This document shows, in pieces, positions 1 through 12,381 of a stretch of DNA of 64,000 bases (position 1 is the first letter of the stretch; each line of letters opens with the position of its first letter). The DNA comes from Phaeosaccion multiseriatum (lineage: Eukaryota; Protista; Ochrophyta, other classes), in assembly GCA_965112735.1 (NCBI GenBank), contig OZ218959.1:62001-126000 (forward strand). The letters run 5' to 3'. The notes beneath the pieces were generated by a model. The model was not told the DNA's origin and ran no database searches. It worked only from the letters and a program-made list of their open reading frames with translations. Both the position numbers and the translations under genes were made by a program.

Positions 1-732
1 GGCAGGAGCACCAGCGGTGGAAGAAGGCCTTGGAGGCGCAGACGGAGCGGGACAGGGAGGTCCGCGAGCAGTTGGCGGCACAGCAGGAGGAGGGCAGCCT
101 CAGTTCCAACTTGTCCTCTCATCTCGGGAAGGACCCCCTCGGGGACAAGCTGCGCCTGGGTCTGGGGTTCAGGGGCCCCCTGAGTCCCGAAGAGAGCGCA
201 CACGCGGGCCTCGAGGAGAAGACACGAGTTGGGACATGGGAGGAATGGCTCGAGGGGAGCCCTCTGCTGCTCCAGGGGGGGTCAGGGCAGGGAAGGGGGG
301 GGTGGGGGGAGGTCGTGGAGCAGAAGCGCAGGCAAAGGATCCGAGAGAAGATGCAGGGAAGGGTGGCGGAGGGCGTGTGGACCAACGGGGATCCCAACGG
401 TGAGACACACCCACACAGAGGGGGAGAGAGGAAGGCCAACACCAAGGGCTGCCTGCCTGCCTGTCTGACTGTCTGTCTGTCTGTCTCTGGCTTGCCTCGG
501 CTTCGCTTGCATCTATCTTGCTTGCCCGGACTGTCCCTCAAGATGCCTTATCCCGTCCACTGCCATCCCCCATCCACTGCCATCTCGCTCTGCAGCCCCG
601 CCCGTGAGTGTGGGCTTTAACTTCAAGGACAAGGTGACGGGTTTGGCGAGTCGGATTGCGGCCCACGGCGGCCTCACGGGCATCACCAGCAACATCACCA
701 AGCTCAATCTAGACAGGCTCAAGTTAGGCAAG
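1..732 (+). CDS. 3' part of an uncharacterised spliced gene (begins before the window)
   Basis: Open frame from the window start to a GT donor at ~400. Pyrimidine-rich intron ends in CAG at ~594, then an in-phase exon APPVSVGFNFKDKVTGLASRIAAHGGLTGITSNITKLNLDRLKLGK. The true stop is uncertain. Confidence 0.5.
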
Positions 733-1016
733 AGTGAGGCACACGACGGAGGGAGAGAGGGTATGTGAGTTATTGCAACCCTTCTCCTTACTTCATTGTT
801 AATTGCTCATCATCTCTTCTCCTTTGTTCGCTTCCAAAGGTAGAGCTCACCAACAGACAGCGACAGAGTGTCGGACATAGGGTATTGGGGCATTCTATTG
901 ACTTAAAGGAATCAACCTAAGAATTACGTATTGGGGTGTTGGGGTAGGGCACAGCGTAAAGGGGAGAAAGCCATCATCCCCCTGAGACTTCGAACCTTCG
1001 AACCCTTCCACTTCCC

Positions 1017-1641
1017 CTAAGCGCTCCTCTCTCTGTCGAGCTGCCTCATCCAGGCCTGGCGGTGGCTCCATGCCGCGTCGTGCTGTCCCGTGAGGAAGTC
1101 CGTATAGCTGCTGAAGGGCTGGACACCGGCCAAGCGGTACTGCTCCTGGCGGTGTGTCTCCTGCAGCCAGGCGGTGCGGCCTGGGTACTCCAAGCCTAAT
1201 CCTAACCCGCCCTTTTTATGGTGGAGTCTCGCTGTCTTCGCTGCGTGTGCGCGCGGGTGCCTCCCCCTGGTTATACTGCTGCGTCCTCTACTCACTGCCG
1301 CCACTCGGGTCTCAGCCGCAGCCGCGGCGTCCTTGCAAGAAGCTATAGCGACGGCCTCCTCCTCCCGCCGGGCATGGTCCTCCCTCCTGATGCTTCCGCT
1401 GTCTCTCCCCCCTTGGCCCTGCCGCTGTCCCTCTCCGCTCCCTTGGCCTTGGGCTTGGTCAGCCTCCTCCGCCTCCCCTTCCCGCCACACGAGAAAACGT
1501 TTCTCCGTCTGCAGGTAGAAGCCCAGAGGCAGGGCCGCTCTATCCACCTTTTGCTTGTTGGCGTCCACCCATCTGTGGGTGGGGCAGTGGAAGGGAGGGC
1601 GGAGGGGCTTCTCCTTCGCCCGGTCATGCCTCCTCCTCCTC

Positions 1642-1680
<39 letters not shown>

Positions 1681-1781
1681 CTTTCGCTGTTGCTGTTGTT
1701 GGTGTCTCGAGTCCTCCGTTCATCCCCCCAGCCGGGAGCGCGCCAGTCTGGTGAAGCAGGCAACACTGTGGCTCCTCCCAT
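1017..1781 (-). CDS. Hypothetical protein (single exon)
   Basis: ~255 aa ORF from ATG 1781 with protein-like segments (PFHCPTHRWVD; FSSYTDFLTGQHDAAWSHRQAW). Divergent from the Hsp90 gene. Confidence 0.45.
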
Positions 1782-2168
1782 CTTTTGCCTCTCCGTTTGC
1801 ACTACTCTCGCACGAATCTAATGGGGTAACGGTCACGTATCGCTGCCCTTCCCTCCTGTCGACAGGTCTTCAAAAGGCGACTCCACGCTCGGCAGCATAT
1901 GTGGAGAAGCAGCGATGCAAAGGATTTCTTGCCGCGGGCCGAGAGACTGCTTAAATGGCGCGTGCAGAGAGAAGAGAAGAACGAAAAAAGGGGAAAAAAT
2001 ATAATAGGCGTGTTGGTGCGATAGCCGCCATCTGTGTGCCACCCTTCGATTTCGAGAAGCAGCGGCTAGGGCCACACACATTTTTTTAAATCCCAAAGCC
2101 ACGCACAGCAGGCGAGAGAAGCACCGCTGGCAAGAGAGAACCTCTCGTCTTTGTCGAGTACACGCACT

Positions 2169-5100
2169 ATGCTGGGGGGAACGAGGTCAAGCAGATGCGC
2201 GCTGTTGGCATGCCTTCTGGGGCTCGCCAAGGTTGGGGCATTCAACTTGGGTCTGCCTGCGGCGCACGGCAATGCCCCCGCTAGAAGAGCGGCCGCCAGC
2301 TCGAAGGCAGGAGTAGGAGGAGCGGCACCGAGCAGCAGACCTGTTGCCACTGTCGGATCCGCGAGGTTAGTGTTTGGTGAAGGGATGGTCAGGGTATTAC
2401 ACCGCCCTACTTGTGGTGGCAAGGAGGCCTCTGTGCGGTACGGGGGCTTTGCCTGTCGAGGGGGGCAGCACGCAAGCGAGAGGATAGGACAGAGTGGTGT
2501 GGTGACCTTAAGGGGTCGATGGACTGCTTCTGTTTTCACGCAGACACGCCTGCCGCCAAAACACGTGGCGCCCTTGGGGGAGGGGTGGGAGGGGCAATGA
2601 ACACGCTGATGGGCATGGGCGGGTGGATGGAGGGGCTGAAGCAGAGAGCGTAGAGTGCGTTGCTCCCCTTCCCCCTCCTTGTTCTGTTCTGGCCTGGCTT
2701 AGCCTGACCCGGAAGGGGCTGAAACGCCAAACGACCTAACACCACACGTCCGTATCTGTTGGTCCTCCGCTGCCGGTGTTCCAGCTGGGTGTCGCGTCCC
2801 TCCGCCTTGTTCATGTCTTCTGAGGCCGAGGCCACACCCGATGCCGCCGCCCCTGTCGCGGCCACCGAGACCCCCGCGCCCCCCGCTGCTGCCGCCTCCG
2901 GCGCTGCCCCCGAAGAGTACGAGTTCCAAGCAGAGGTGAGTGCGTGCGTGCGGGAAAGGGGGGGGGAGGGAAGGGAAGGCCTTGCCTTGCGGGTAGGCTT
3001 GTCCTCCTCGGTGCCCTCCTTCCAACCCTCTGTTGGCCTGCCCCGCCCCCTCACCCCTCGCCCCTTGCCATCCGCTGCCGTCTGCCGCCGTCTGCCGCCG
3101 TCCATCGTGTGTTTAGGTGAGCCGCGTGATGGATATCATCATCAACTCTCTGTACAGCAACAGAGACGTGTTCCTCAGGGAGCTCGTCAGCAACGCCGCT
3201 GACGCCTGCGACAAGAAGCGCTTCCTGTCCATCACGTGAGTCCTGAGGGTTTGGGTGTGTGCATACAACGTACGGCAAGCCAGCTGTGAGCCTGTGTGTG
3301 TTGATCTCACTTCACCCGCGCCTCCTCCCTATGACCTGTCTCCACCTCCCTCCCCCCCCCGTCCGTGTGCCCGTCAGCGAGGAGTCAGCGTCGGGCCCGG
3401 AGCAGCGCATTCGCATCAAGGCCAACAAGGTGAGGGAGGGACATGTTGGTCAAGCATGTGGGCAGGGATGCTGGCCAGGCATATGGGCGGGCAGAGAGAG
3501 AGGAGGAGAGAGAGGTACAGGGATCAATGAGGCGCACAAGGCAGGACCGGGGCCAGGGGCTACCCCCTGTCCATGATCTCCTTATCATGTTCCATCCTCT
3601 CTCCCACCACAGGAGGCAAAGACTTTAACGATCGAGGACTCGGGCATCGGCATGACACACGACGAGCTCAAGAACAACTTGGGACGCATCGCGCAGTCGG
3701 GCACGCAAAAGTTCATGGACGCACTTGGTAGCGGGGAGGTGAGTGCTCTTAGTGCTCTGAGGGCCCGCTGAGGGCCTGGTGTCAGTGTCTGCTGTCAGAC
3801 GTGCAGGGCCTGGTGTCAGTGTCTGCTGTCAGACGTGCAGGGCCTGGTGTCAGTGTCTGCTGTCAGACGTGCAGGGCCTGGTGTCAGTGTCTGCTGTCAG
3901 ACGTGCAGGGCCTGGTGTCAGGGCCTGGTGTTGAGGTGGAGGGGCTCGTGCTTGTTGGGGTGGAGGGTCTCAGGCTTGTGCACTGGAGGTGGGGTGTGCT
4001 GTGCTCTTGTTTGCCTCAAGTCTCTGATACATGATCCCTCTCTCTCTCTCTCTGCAGGCGGACATCAACCTCATTGGGCAGTTCGGAGTGGGCTTCTACT
4101 CAGCCTTCCTCGTGGCTGACAAGGTCCGTCACGCAGGGGCAGGCATATGGGTATACCAGGGCACATGGGCATTTCTGGGCATCGGACCGGCTGGGGAGTG
4201 CAGAATACACAAGAAGGGGGGAGGGAGGGAAGGAGGGAGGGAAGGAGGGAGGGAGGGAAGGCCATTGATCTGCGAGGGTGTGGGGTGCCTCCTCCTCTGT
4301 CTTACCGTATCATTCGCTCTCTCTCTCTCTCCGCAGTGGGTGCGTGTGCTGTGACTGACTGACCCGTCTGCTGCCATCCCCTCTGCAGGTGTCGGTCATC
4401 ACCAAGAGCGACCAGAGCGACAAGCAGTACCGCTGGGAGAGCGAACTTGGCAACAAGTACACCATCGCGGAGGACACCTCAGAGCCCATCGAGGGTGAGC
4501 ACGTGGTGGTTCAGCAGCTGCTGCCAGCTGCTGCCACAGGGGTTGGGTTGTGGTCGGGGTCAGGGCAGTGATAGCAACCTGTTATTGAGGGTGAGCAGCC
4601 CCTCTTGTCTGTCCTGACACACCTCCTGCCCTGTCCTGACACACCCCCTGCCCTGTCCTGACACACCCTCTGTGCTTCCCTGACCGTACTCTGCTGTCCT
4701 GACACCCAACTCTTCTGTCCTGACACCTCAGGATCGGGGTCCCGGTTGGTGCTGCACCTCAAGGACGACGCGGAGGAATACCTCGACGACTTCAAGCTAA
4801 AGGAGCTCGCACAGAAGTACTCTGAGTTCGTCAGCTTCCCCATCCAGGTTAGAGGCATATGGGTTTAGATGCGAGGGTTCGTCTGCGTGGGCCTAGGTGT
4901 GAGGGCTCCTTCCTTTGTAGGCATACGGGTACAGTGACTCACTCCCTTGCCTGTATCACCAACAGGTGTGGTCTGAGTCCACGAAGTACGAGGAGGTGGA
5001 CGACCCGGACGCTGAGGTGGAGGAGGGGAAGGAGCCTAAGAAGAAGACGGTCAGCAAGACGGAGATGGAGTGGGTGCAGACCAACAAGCAGAAGCCCATC

Positions 5101-8100
5101 TGGATGCGGAACCCCAAGGAGGTGTGTATGCGTGTCACAGTGTGTGTGTGTGTGTGCTGTGGCTGTGTGGGTGTTCGTACGTGTGCGTGTATTAACTGTG
5201 ACCGAAGTAGCCCCTCACCGATCACCCCCCCTAACGAACGGGAACACACCTGTTGGTGATACTCCTACCTTTCAGGTGACGGACGAGGAGTACTCTGAGT
5301 TCTACAAGACCACCTTCAAGGCGTGGGACGAACTCGCTGCACACACTCACTTCTCGCTGGAGGGACAGGTGCGTCACCCACACACTCGGACTGGCACCAC
5401 AGAGGGGAGGAGAAGAGGGATTGGACTTGACACTGCTGGACACTGCTGGACACTGACCCAACCCACCCCTCTCCACCCCTCCCCACAGGTTGAGTTCAGG
5501 GCGATGCTCTTCGTGCCGTCCGTGCTGCCGTATGAGCTGAGCAGGTGAGGAGTGAGGAGACATGTCGTGTAGAGGCATATGGGGGCATTGTGAGAGCAAC
5601 CAGCAAGGACGGAGTGGCGACAAAAACCGTCTCGGGGGGGCGACAACATTGCTTGGGGCTGGGGAGGGCGTCGACAGCAATGCGGGGGTCATGTCTCTTT
5701 CTTTCTTTCTTTCTTTCTGTCTCTGTCTCCCTCCCCTGTGTCCTGACACCCCCCCTGCCCACCCTGCCAACAGAAACATGTTCGACGAGAACGAGCGCAA
5801 CATGAGGCTATACGTGAAGCGCGTGTTTATCAACGACAAGGTGAGTAACAACAACTCCAATAAGTAACAACAACAACAATTCCCTTGTTTGTGTGTCCTC
5901 CGTCTCTACCTCACCAGCAAGGCGTTGCACTCACCTCTCTCTCTCTCCCTGTCAAAGTTCGAGGAGCTTGTGCCCCGCTGGCTCATGTTCCTGAGGGGAC
6001 TCGTCGACTCGGAGGACCTTCCTCTCAACGTGGGGAGGGAGATTCTGCAGAAGAGCAAGATGCTCACCGTTATCAACAAGCGCCTCGTGAGGAAGGCCAT
6101 TGACATGTTCAAGGGAATCGCCATGGACGAGGACAAGGTGCGGGGGTGGGAGGGGAGGGGAGGGGGAAGGGTGCGGGCGGGCGAGGGGGGCCTGTCCTTC
6201 TCTCTGTAGTAAAGGCCTGTCCTTCTCTCTGTAGTAAAGGCCTGTCCTACTCTCTGTAGTAAAGGCCTGTCCTTCTCTCTGTAGTAAAGGCCTGTCCTTC
6301 TCTCTGTAGTAAAGGCCTGTCCTTCTCTCTCTAGTAAAGGCCTGTCCTTCTCTAGTAAAGCGCTGTCCTTCTCTTTGTAGTAAAGGTCGCCTGCCTGACG
6401 GAAACTGAAGAACTGAAACTGATACCTTCGCGCGCCTCCCTCCTTTGTGCCTCTGAGCAGAACAAGTGGGAGACGTTCAGCAAGAACTTCGGCAAGTACC
6501 TCAAGGTGGGCTGCGTGGAGGACCCCGACAACAAGGACGAGCTCGCCAAGCTGGTGCGCTTCAGCTCCACGCACAAGGACGACGACTCGGTGGGCTTCAC
6601 CGACTATGTGGAGCGCATGCCCGAGGGTCAGACCAACATCTACTACGTGGCTGCGGAGAGCAAGTCAGCGGCGAAGATGGTGCCCTCTCTGGAGAAGGCC
6701 AAGAAGAAGGGATACGAGGTAAGGGTGTTGGTGACGCGTGTGGCAAGACTGACTCTTGACGGTGTATATCATGCGTGTTGAGCAGCTGATGATGATCACA
6801 GACTCTCTTTGACTTGCTGACTTGCGGACTCACTCACTTCCATTTCTTAACACTCTTAACACTCGCTTTAGGTCATCTTCCTGACGGACGCGCTTGACGA
6901 GCTGTGCGCGGAGAGCATCGCCAAGTTCGGAGAGTACAACCTTGAGGTGAGGGGCTGACACCATGTACTGACTGACTGACTCACTCACACCATGTCCTGG
7001 CTGACTAACGGGCTTCGGTATAGCTGAGCAGACCACAGCAGACCACCGCACCCAACCAACTGACCAAACCGCTGCCATGTGCCCCCCCCCCCGCCATCCG
7101 CTGCCATCCCCCCTCGTCAGGATCTTGCCAAGGAGGGCGTGGCGGGTCTGGAGGACGACGACGAGAAGGCCGCTAAGGACGAGCAGAGTGAGGCCACGGA
7201 AGGATTCAGGGATTGGCTCAAGGACTCCATCGGGAAGGACCGCCTGCAGAAGGTGGGTGGACAGTGACTGACTGACTGACTGACTGACTGACTGACTGAT
7301 GGAGTGACTTACTGATACTCACTTCCTGCCTGCCTGCTTGTCTGCTTGTCTACTTGCCTGCTTGCCTGCCTGACTGCCTGACAGGTGGCTGTGTCGAGCC
7401 GACTCGTGGACTCCCCTGCGACCCTTGTGCAAGGCGCCTACGGCATGAGCCCCACCATGCAGAGATACATCAAGGCACAGGCCAGCGCCATGGGGGACGG
7501 CTCAAGTGAGTCAATGGAGAGAGGGGGGGGGGGTGTTGTCTCTCTCTTGTTTGTTGAGTGAGTGTGTGTTGTTGCGGCTATCTGCTATCTGTATCTTTCT
7601 CTCTGTCTCTCTCAATGTGTCCGGCTCACCCGTCTCTTCGTTCTCTCGCCCCCCACCGCTCGCTGTATCACCAACTGCCCCACTTCACTTCAGCGTCCAT
7701 GGGTATGGGGCAGGCCAACCAGGCCGTGCTGGAGATCAACCCCTCCCACCCCATCATCAAGGACCTCATGGTAAGACAGTGCGTCATGGGGGCAGGGCAG
7801 GCCAAGCGTATGGGCAGACAGAGCGCCCCCCCCCCCTGGGGACCGTCCCTGACTGTGTCCCCTCGCCTTTGAACCCTGCGTGTGTGTGTGTGCGTCCCCT
7901 CCCCTCCTCTCCTCTCCTCTTCTCTCCTTAGGTCAAGTACGAGACTGCCAAGGACTCGGAGGAAACAACCAACGCCGCCATGCTGCTGTACGACGTTGCG
8001 GCCCTGACGGGGGGATACTCCATCGACGAGCCCGCGGCCTTCGCCAAGAGAGTCACCGCAGCCATGATGAGCGGGGGCAGCTTCGGGGGAGGGGTGGAGG

Positions 8101-8219
8101 ACGCCGTGGTGAAGGAGGAGGGCAAGAAGGAAGAGAAGAAGGAGGAAGAGGCGGTCGAGGAGAAGAAGGAGGAGAAGAAGACCGACAAGATGGAGACTGT
8201 GGACGCGGAGGTGGTATGA
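2169..8219 (+). CDS. HSP90: Hsp90-family chaperone, probably plastid-targeted (HSP90C-like), multi-exon
   Basis: Exons encode [113 protein letters not shown] and [11 protein letters not shown]-terminus [27 protein letters not shown] is a signal peptide + F. C-terminus ...TVDAEVV has no KDEL/HDEL or MEEVD. Confidence 0.95.
3770..3932. repeat. Intronic minisatellite, ~34 bp unit x4+ (AGGGCCTGGTGTCAGTGTCTGCTGTCAGACGTGC)
   Basis: Direct tandem copies in an Hsp90 intron. Confidence 0.9.
6189..6386. repeat. Intronic minisatellite, ~24-25 bp unit x8 (GGCCTGTCCTTCTCTCTGTAGTAAA)
   Basis: Direct tandem copies in an Hsp90 intron. Confidence 0.9.
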
Positions 8220-8487
8220 TGATGATGATGATGATGATGATGTGTCCGTACCGGCCTAGCGAAGCGTAGCGGAAAAGATTTTGACAAAGTAGTAGGAGGG
8301 AAGAGCGCCGCGGCAGGGTGGAGGAGGAGGGGGTGTTGTTTGTTTGCCTTCCTTCCTTCGCCGCGTGCGGCACCAATACACATTTGCTGCCAAGCTCAAG
8401 CTGAAGCTCAAGCCCAAGTTGACAGACGAATACAATTAGATACACTAGACACAACATCGCTGAGCCCCTCCATCCCTCCGTCTGTGC

Positions 8488-10407
8488 TTACGTACGGTTA
8501 CGTATGCACAGGGCCTCCGAAGCTCTGCCCCTGACAAGGATCCACCCTGTATCCACTCCCCGCACTCCCCGCTGTATCACCAACTGTTCCGTAGAGGAAG
8601 AAGGCCGGCTGGTCGTTATAGCAGTCCTCCTCCTCCCCCCCCCTCCTCCCCCTGCCGCCTCTGCCCAGATGCCCCTCCCTGTCCCACCCAGGGCGCCCCT
8701 GGTGCCCCTCCTCGACGAGGGCCTTGCCACGCTCCTGAAGTCATTGACCAGAGAGGCGCTCTCGAGGGTGCTCGGGCCCTTAGGGTTAGGGCCCTTAGGG
8801 TTAGGGCCCGACAATTGCCGCCCATCGAGGGTGTCCTCACCGTGATGATGATGATGATGATGATGATGATGGCCCTTGCCGTTGCTGTACCACCCCTCCT
8901 GCGCGAACAGCGGTGCGTGCTTCCCCCCTCCCCCCCCCTCTCTGCCGTTGGCTGCCATCCCCAGGCCTCCAAAGCCAAAGCCCGCCTTCGCCTTCAAGCT
9001 GTCCTCCTCCGGTCGATCGACTCGTGTGAACAGCCGCACCACAGCCGCCGCTCGGGTGGAGACGGTGCCCTTCTTCCTATCCACGGCCACAAGAGGCACC
9101 ACAGACGACACAGATGGCACAGATGCCTTGGCCGCCGCATGACCAGCTGCTGCGGCTGTGCCTGTGGCTGGCGCTCGCAGGACTTGCCAGTCAAGGGCCT
9201 CGTCGCCCCCCCTCCGCGGCGCACCCCCCCCCTCTGCTGCTGCTGCTGCTGCTGCTGTCGTCGTTGCCGCACACCCAAAGGCCGGTGCTTGGGCGGGTGG
9301 CGCCTCTGTTGCCATCTCTCCTCCTTCTGTCCTGACAGAGCCGCCCCGCCCCCTCTCGCTCAGAGGCTGCTGTATCACCAACTGACGCATCTCCCCGTGC
9401 CCCTTTTTTAGGTGCTTGGCGGCTCGAGCCAGCGGCCCCAGGGGGGAGGCCACCGCCACGGTTTCCACTCCTCGCTGTCTCCCACTCGGGCCCCTCCGGC
9501 GGCCACTGCCCGCCCTTGTTTCGCCCCTCCTCGACACTCCCCGGCCGCTGAGACAGGACGGAGAGGTACCGTCGGTGACGATGCCCCCTGTCCCTGCTGC
9601 GTGCTGTCTGCATGTACCACTCGCGGCCGCCGCCCGCCGCATCATGGGTTCTGCGCTGCCCCCGCGCTCGTCCAGAGCGATGGACGACACGGACTTATTG
9701 TGCTTCAGCAACCGCTTGTGCTGGCCCCTGCGAGTAGAGCCCGAGGGAAAAATGGCTTGCTCACCACTCTCCCTGCACATGATGATGGGCCCTGAAGTCC
9801 TCTCTCCATCCTCCCACTCCTCCCACCCTCTTTCGTCTCGCCCCCTTCTACCTGCCCCACCACCGCCCCTGCTGCCTCCCGCCGCCGCCGAGCACCGCCC
9901 CCAGCCGAATGAGGCCCTACTACTCGTAGCGGAGAGCTCCTTCGTCTCTGTCCGCGCCAGCCCGCTGCCGCTCCGAGTGGTAGGGTCAGGCTTCCGACAT
10001 GCGGGCCGGACTTGGGGCGCGTGCAAGTGAGGGGAGAAGTCGGAAAAGGCTGAGGCACTGAGGTGAAAATCGCCGCAACCCGGTGCTCGAGCGTGAGAGT
10101 TCCGCGTCAGAAGAAGTCGTTTCCTCCCCTTCTCAGTCATTCCGTCGCTTCCAGCCCCAGTACTGCGGCTCGTCGAAGTCTTTAGCAGGCTGCTATCGCC
10201 ATATTCTCTCTTTGTCGTCTCAGCTGTTCCTGCCTCGACTCGCAGGCCCACATATTCAAGACCTTCGCCATCCCCTTGGAGCTGCTCCTCCTTCTGCTCC
10301 GTATCCTGCTCCAGCTCGCCCCCACCCGCGAAAGGAAAAGGCATGTGATTCCACAGGCTTTGCATACGGCCTCCCCATCCTTCGGTATTCGTCTGTGACG
10401 TCTCCAT
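8488..10407 (-). CDS. Hypothetical low-complexity protein (639 aa, intronless)
   Basis: Long ATG-initiated ORF rich in G/A/R/S with a poly-H tract. No recognisable domain. Converges on Hsp90 and diverges from the CX9C gene. Confidence 0.6.
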   Translation of the reverse strand: METSQTNTEGWGGRMQSLWNHMPFPFAGGGELEQDTEQKEEQLQGDGEGLEYVGLRVEAGTAETTKREYGDSSLLKTSTSRSTGAGSDGMTEKGRKRLLLTRNSHARAPGCGDFHLSASAFSDFSPHLHAPQVRPACRKPDPTTRSGSGLARTETKELSATSSRASFGWGRCSAAAGGSRGGGGAGRRGRDERGWEEWEDGERTSGPIIMCRESGEQAIFPSGSTRRGQHKRLLKHNKSVSSIALDERGGSAEPMMRRAAAASGTCRQHAAGTGGIVTDGTSPSCLSGRGVSRRGETRAGSGRRRGPSGRQRGVETVAVASPLGPLARAAKHLKKGHGEMRQLVIQQPLSERGRGGSVRTEGGEMATEAPPAQAPAFGCAATTTAAAAAAAEGGGAPRRGGDEALDWQVLRAPATGTAAAAGHAAAKASVPSVSSVVPLVAVDRKKGTVSTRAAAVVRLFTRVDRPEEDSLKAKAGFGFGGLGMAANGREGGGGGKHAPLFAQEGWYSNGKGHHHHHHHHHHGEDTLDGRQLSGPNPKGPNPKGPSTLESASLVNDFRSVARPSSRRGTRGALGGTGRGIWAEAAGGGGGGRRRTAITTSRPSSSTEQLVIQRGVRGVDTGWILVRGRASEALCIRNRT

Positions 10408-10584
10408 ACGGATTCGGGCTACTGAATCATGGCTAATGGATCATGGCTACTGGATCATGGCTCTTGCTCGACATGATAAAGCTCCTTTCCCTTCTGTATG
10501 ACGTTACAGAAATTGCTCATATCATTATCATATGCCTCCACCCAAGGCGGGACATTTTTTTCCCTCCCCCACAACACAGCAGTC

Positions 10585-10916
10585 ATGGCGGAGAAGAAGA
10601 AGGTGTGCACCAACTGCAAGCCCGGCAATCCCGCCCTGCACTCGAGCGCTGTGGAGAGCAGCGGCTGCACGGTGCAGTACCAATTGGTGGACGTGTGCAT
10701 GAAGGTAAGGGACCCTCCCCTTTCTCTCCCTCCCCCCTTCTTCTCACCCACTCACACACTCACACTCACCCACTCACCCTCCGTCTCTCCCCCCTTCTTT
10801 CTCCCTGTTCCTTCCAGTCCCACAAGGGTAACATCAGCGACTGTGTGGAGGAGTGGAAGGCGTTCAGAGCTTGCCATGACCGTGCGACAGCGAAAAGAAA
10901 TAAATTAGAGGAGTGA
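10585..10916 (+). CDS. Twin CX9C mitochondrial intermembrane-space protein, COA4/CHCHD8-like (72 aa; exons 10585-10704 and 10818-10916)
   Basis: Spliced product MAEKKKVCTNCKPGNPALHSSAVESSG-C-TVQYQLVDV-C-MKSHKGNISD-C-VEEWKAFRA-C-HDRATAKRNKLEE contains two CX9C motifs. Intron is canonical GTAAGG...CAG. Confidence 0.75.
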
Positions 10917-12381
10917 GTGATAGCCAGGCGGTCGTGCCTTCTGCAGGGCGGTGGGCACCCATGGGTTTGGGAGGCGACGAGCAGCCTCTGACTCGCGCGG
11001 GGGCGGCTCTGGAACCACGTTCACCTTCGAACCGTGGGCAAGTATGTATATGTGCCGTCGTGGTGATGCCTGTGATCAGGCACAAGTTAGAGAGACTTCA
11101 AGGGCTCCCAGATGAGGAGCACTCCCCCCCCCCGCCTTACTGGCAGCGGAGTATGTGTGCTCCCCCACAGCCCCGGGAAGGACGGAGGCCTTCGACGACT
11201 CGGAGGACCAAAGGGAGACCCGCCGTGTAGCGCCATTCAGTGCCATCCAGGAGGGGGCTCGCGCTCGATGGGGGAAGAGAGGAACGTGGCCCGAAAACGG
11301 GATCGCAGCAGATGGCTGGGGTGGAACCTTCTCGGGGGTTTGTGGTTGTCATGCCCCATCGATTGCGAAGCTGCGGCCTCCTTGAGCCCCTCCACGGCTT
11401 GCGGCCTCCACAGCCCACCATTCTTGTGATTCTCCCTCCTCGACCTTGTGAGGGGCCACAGCATTGGCGACTCCCTCGTGGAGTTGGAGGAGAGGAGAGG
11501 AGTGCGTGGTGGGTTCTGCAGGGTCCAGGGCTTTGCCGTGGCGGTGGCGTGCGACGGCCCGGTGGCGGCGACAACAACAGGGGGAACAGAGGTCGGAGTC
11601 GAAGTCACGAGTGCGTGAGTCTTGAGCGCAGTCGCCGCCACTCCTGCCTTCAGCGGACCCAGTAAGTCAGCAGATTCAGTGACTCAAGTGCCTCAGTGGC
11701 TCAGTCAGCAGCGGCGGGGGGAGACTTACTCAGAGAGGGTGGGGTGACTTGAGACACGCGACAGTGGCGAAGAAGCGCTTCTTCCCTCTGCCCTTCCCAG
11801 GGGGTACTCTATTGACTTACAGGAATGTGTGTGTGTGTGTGTATGTGTGTGTGTGAGGGTGCGAGAGTCCAGCGATGCACTCGAATGCACGACAAGAGTA
11901 CCGAGCAGTGACGGAAAAGCAAAGGCCAATACAAGGCCAGGCAATGCAAGGGAAAGCGAGGGACCAAGATGACGGGTGGCACTGCATAATAGGAGCAGTA
12001 GTCCGTAATAGGGCAACACGTTGTTCAACTGCACGGTTGAGGCATGAGACTTTGCTCTGCCGGAAGAGCTGCGGAAGGACGAGCGGGGTCGAAGGTCGAT
12101 ATGATTCGCTCTCTTCTGCTACCTTAGGCAGGGATGGAAATGGATATGATTCGCTCTCTTCTGCTATCTTAGGCAGGGATGGGAACGGACCACACCATGC
12201 TTCGATTGCGTATCCGCCATCTGTGACGTACTGCTGCCTTCCACGCTGCAGTGAGTGGAGTGACTGAAGGAGTGGGTGCCAGTCACACCTGTGCCAGTCG
12301 CACCTGGGAAGACCCAAGCACGCCCAGCTGCTGCTGCTGCTGCTGCTACGCTGCTCTACTACTGCTGGTGATGCTCACTCC

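Noticed and set aside
10913-11665. Several overlapping 100-146 aa ORFs on both strands
   Set aside because: No recognisable domain or consistent splice model; they cannot be supported as a gene.
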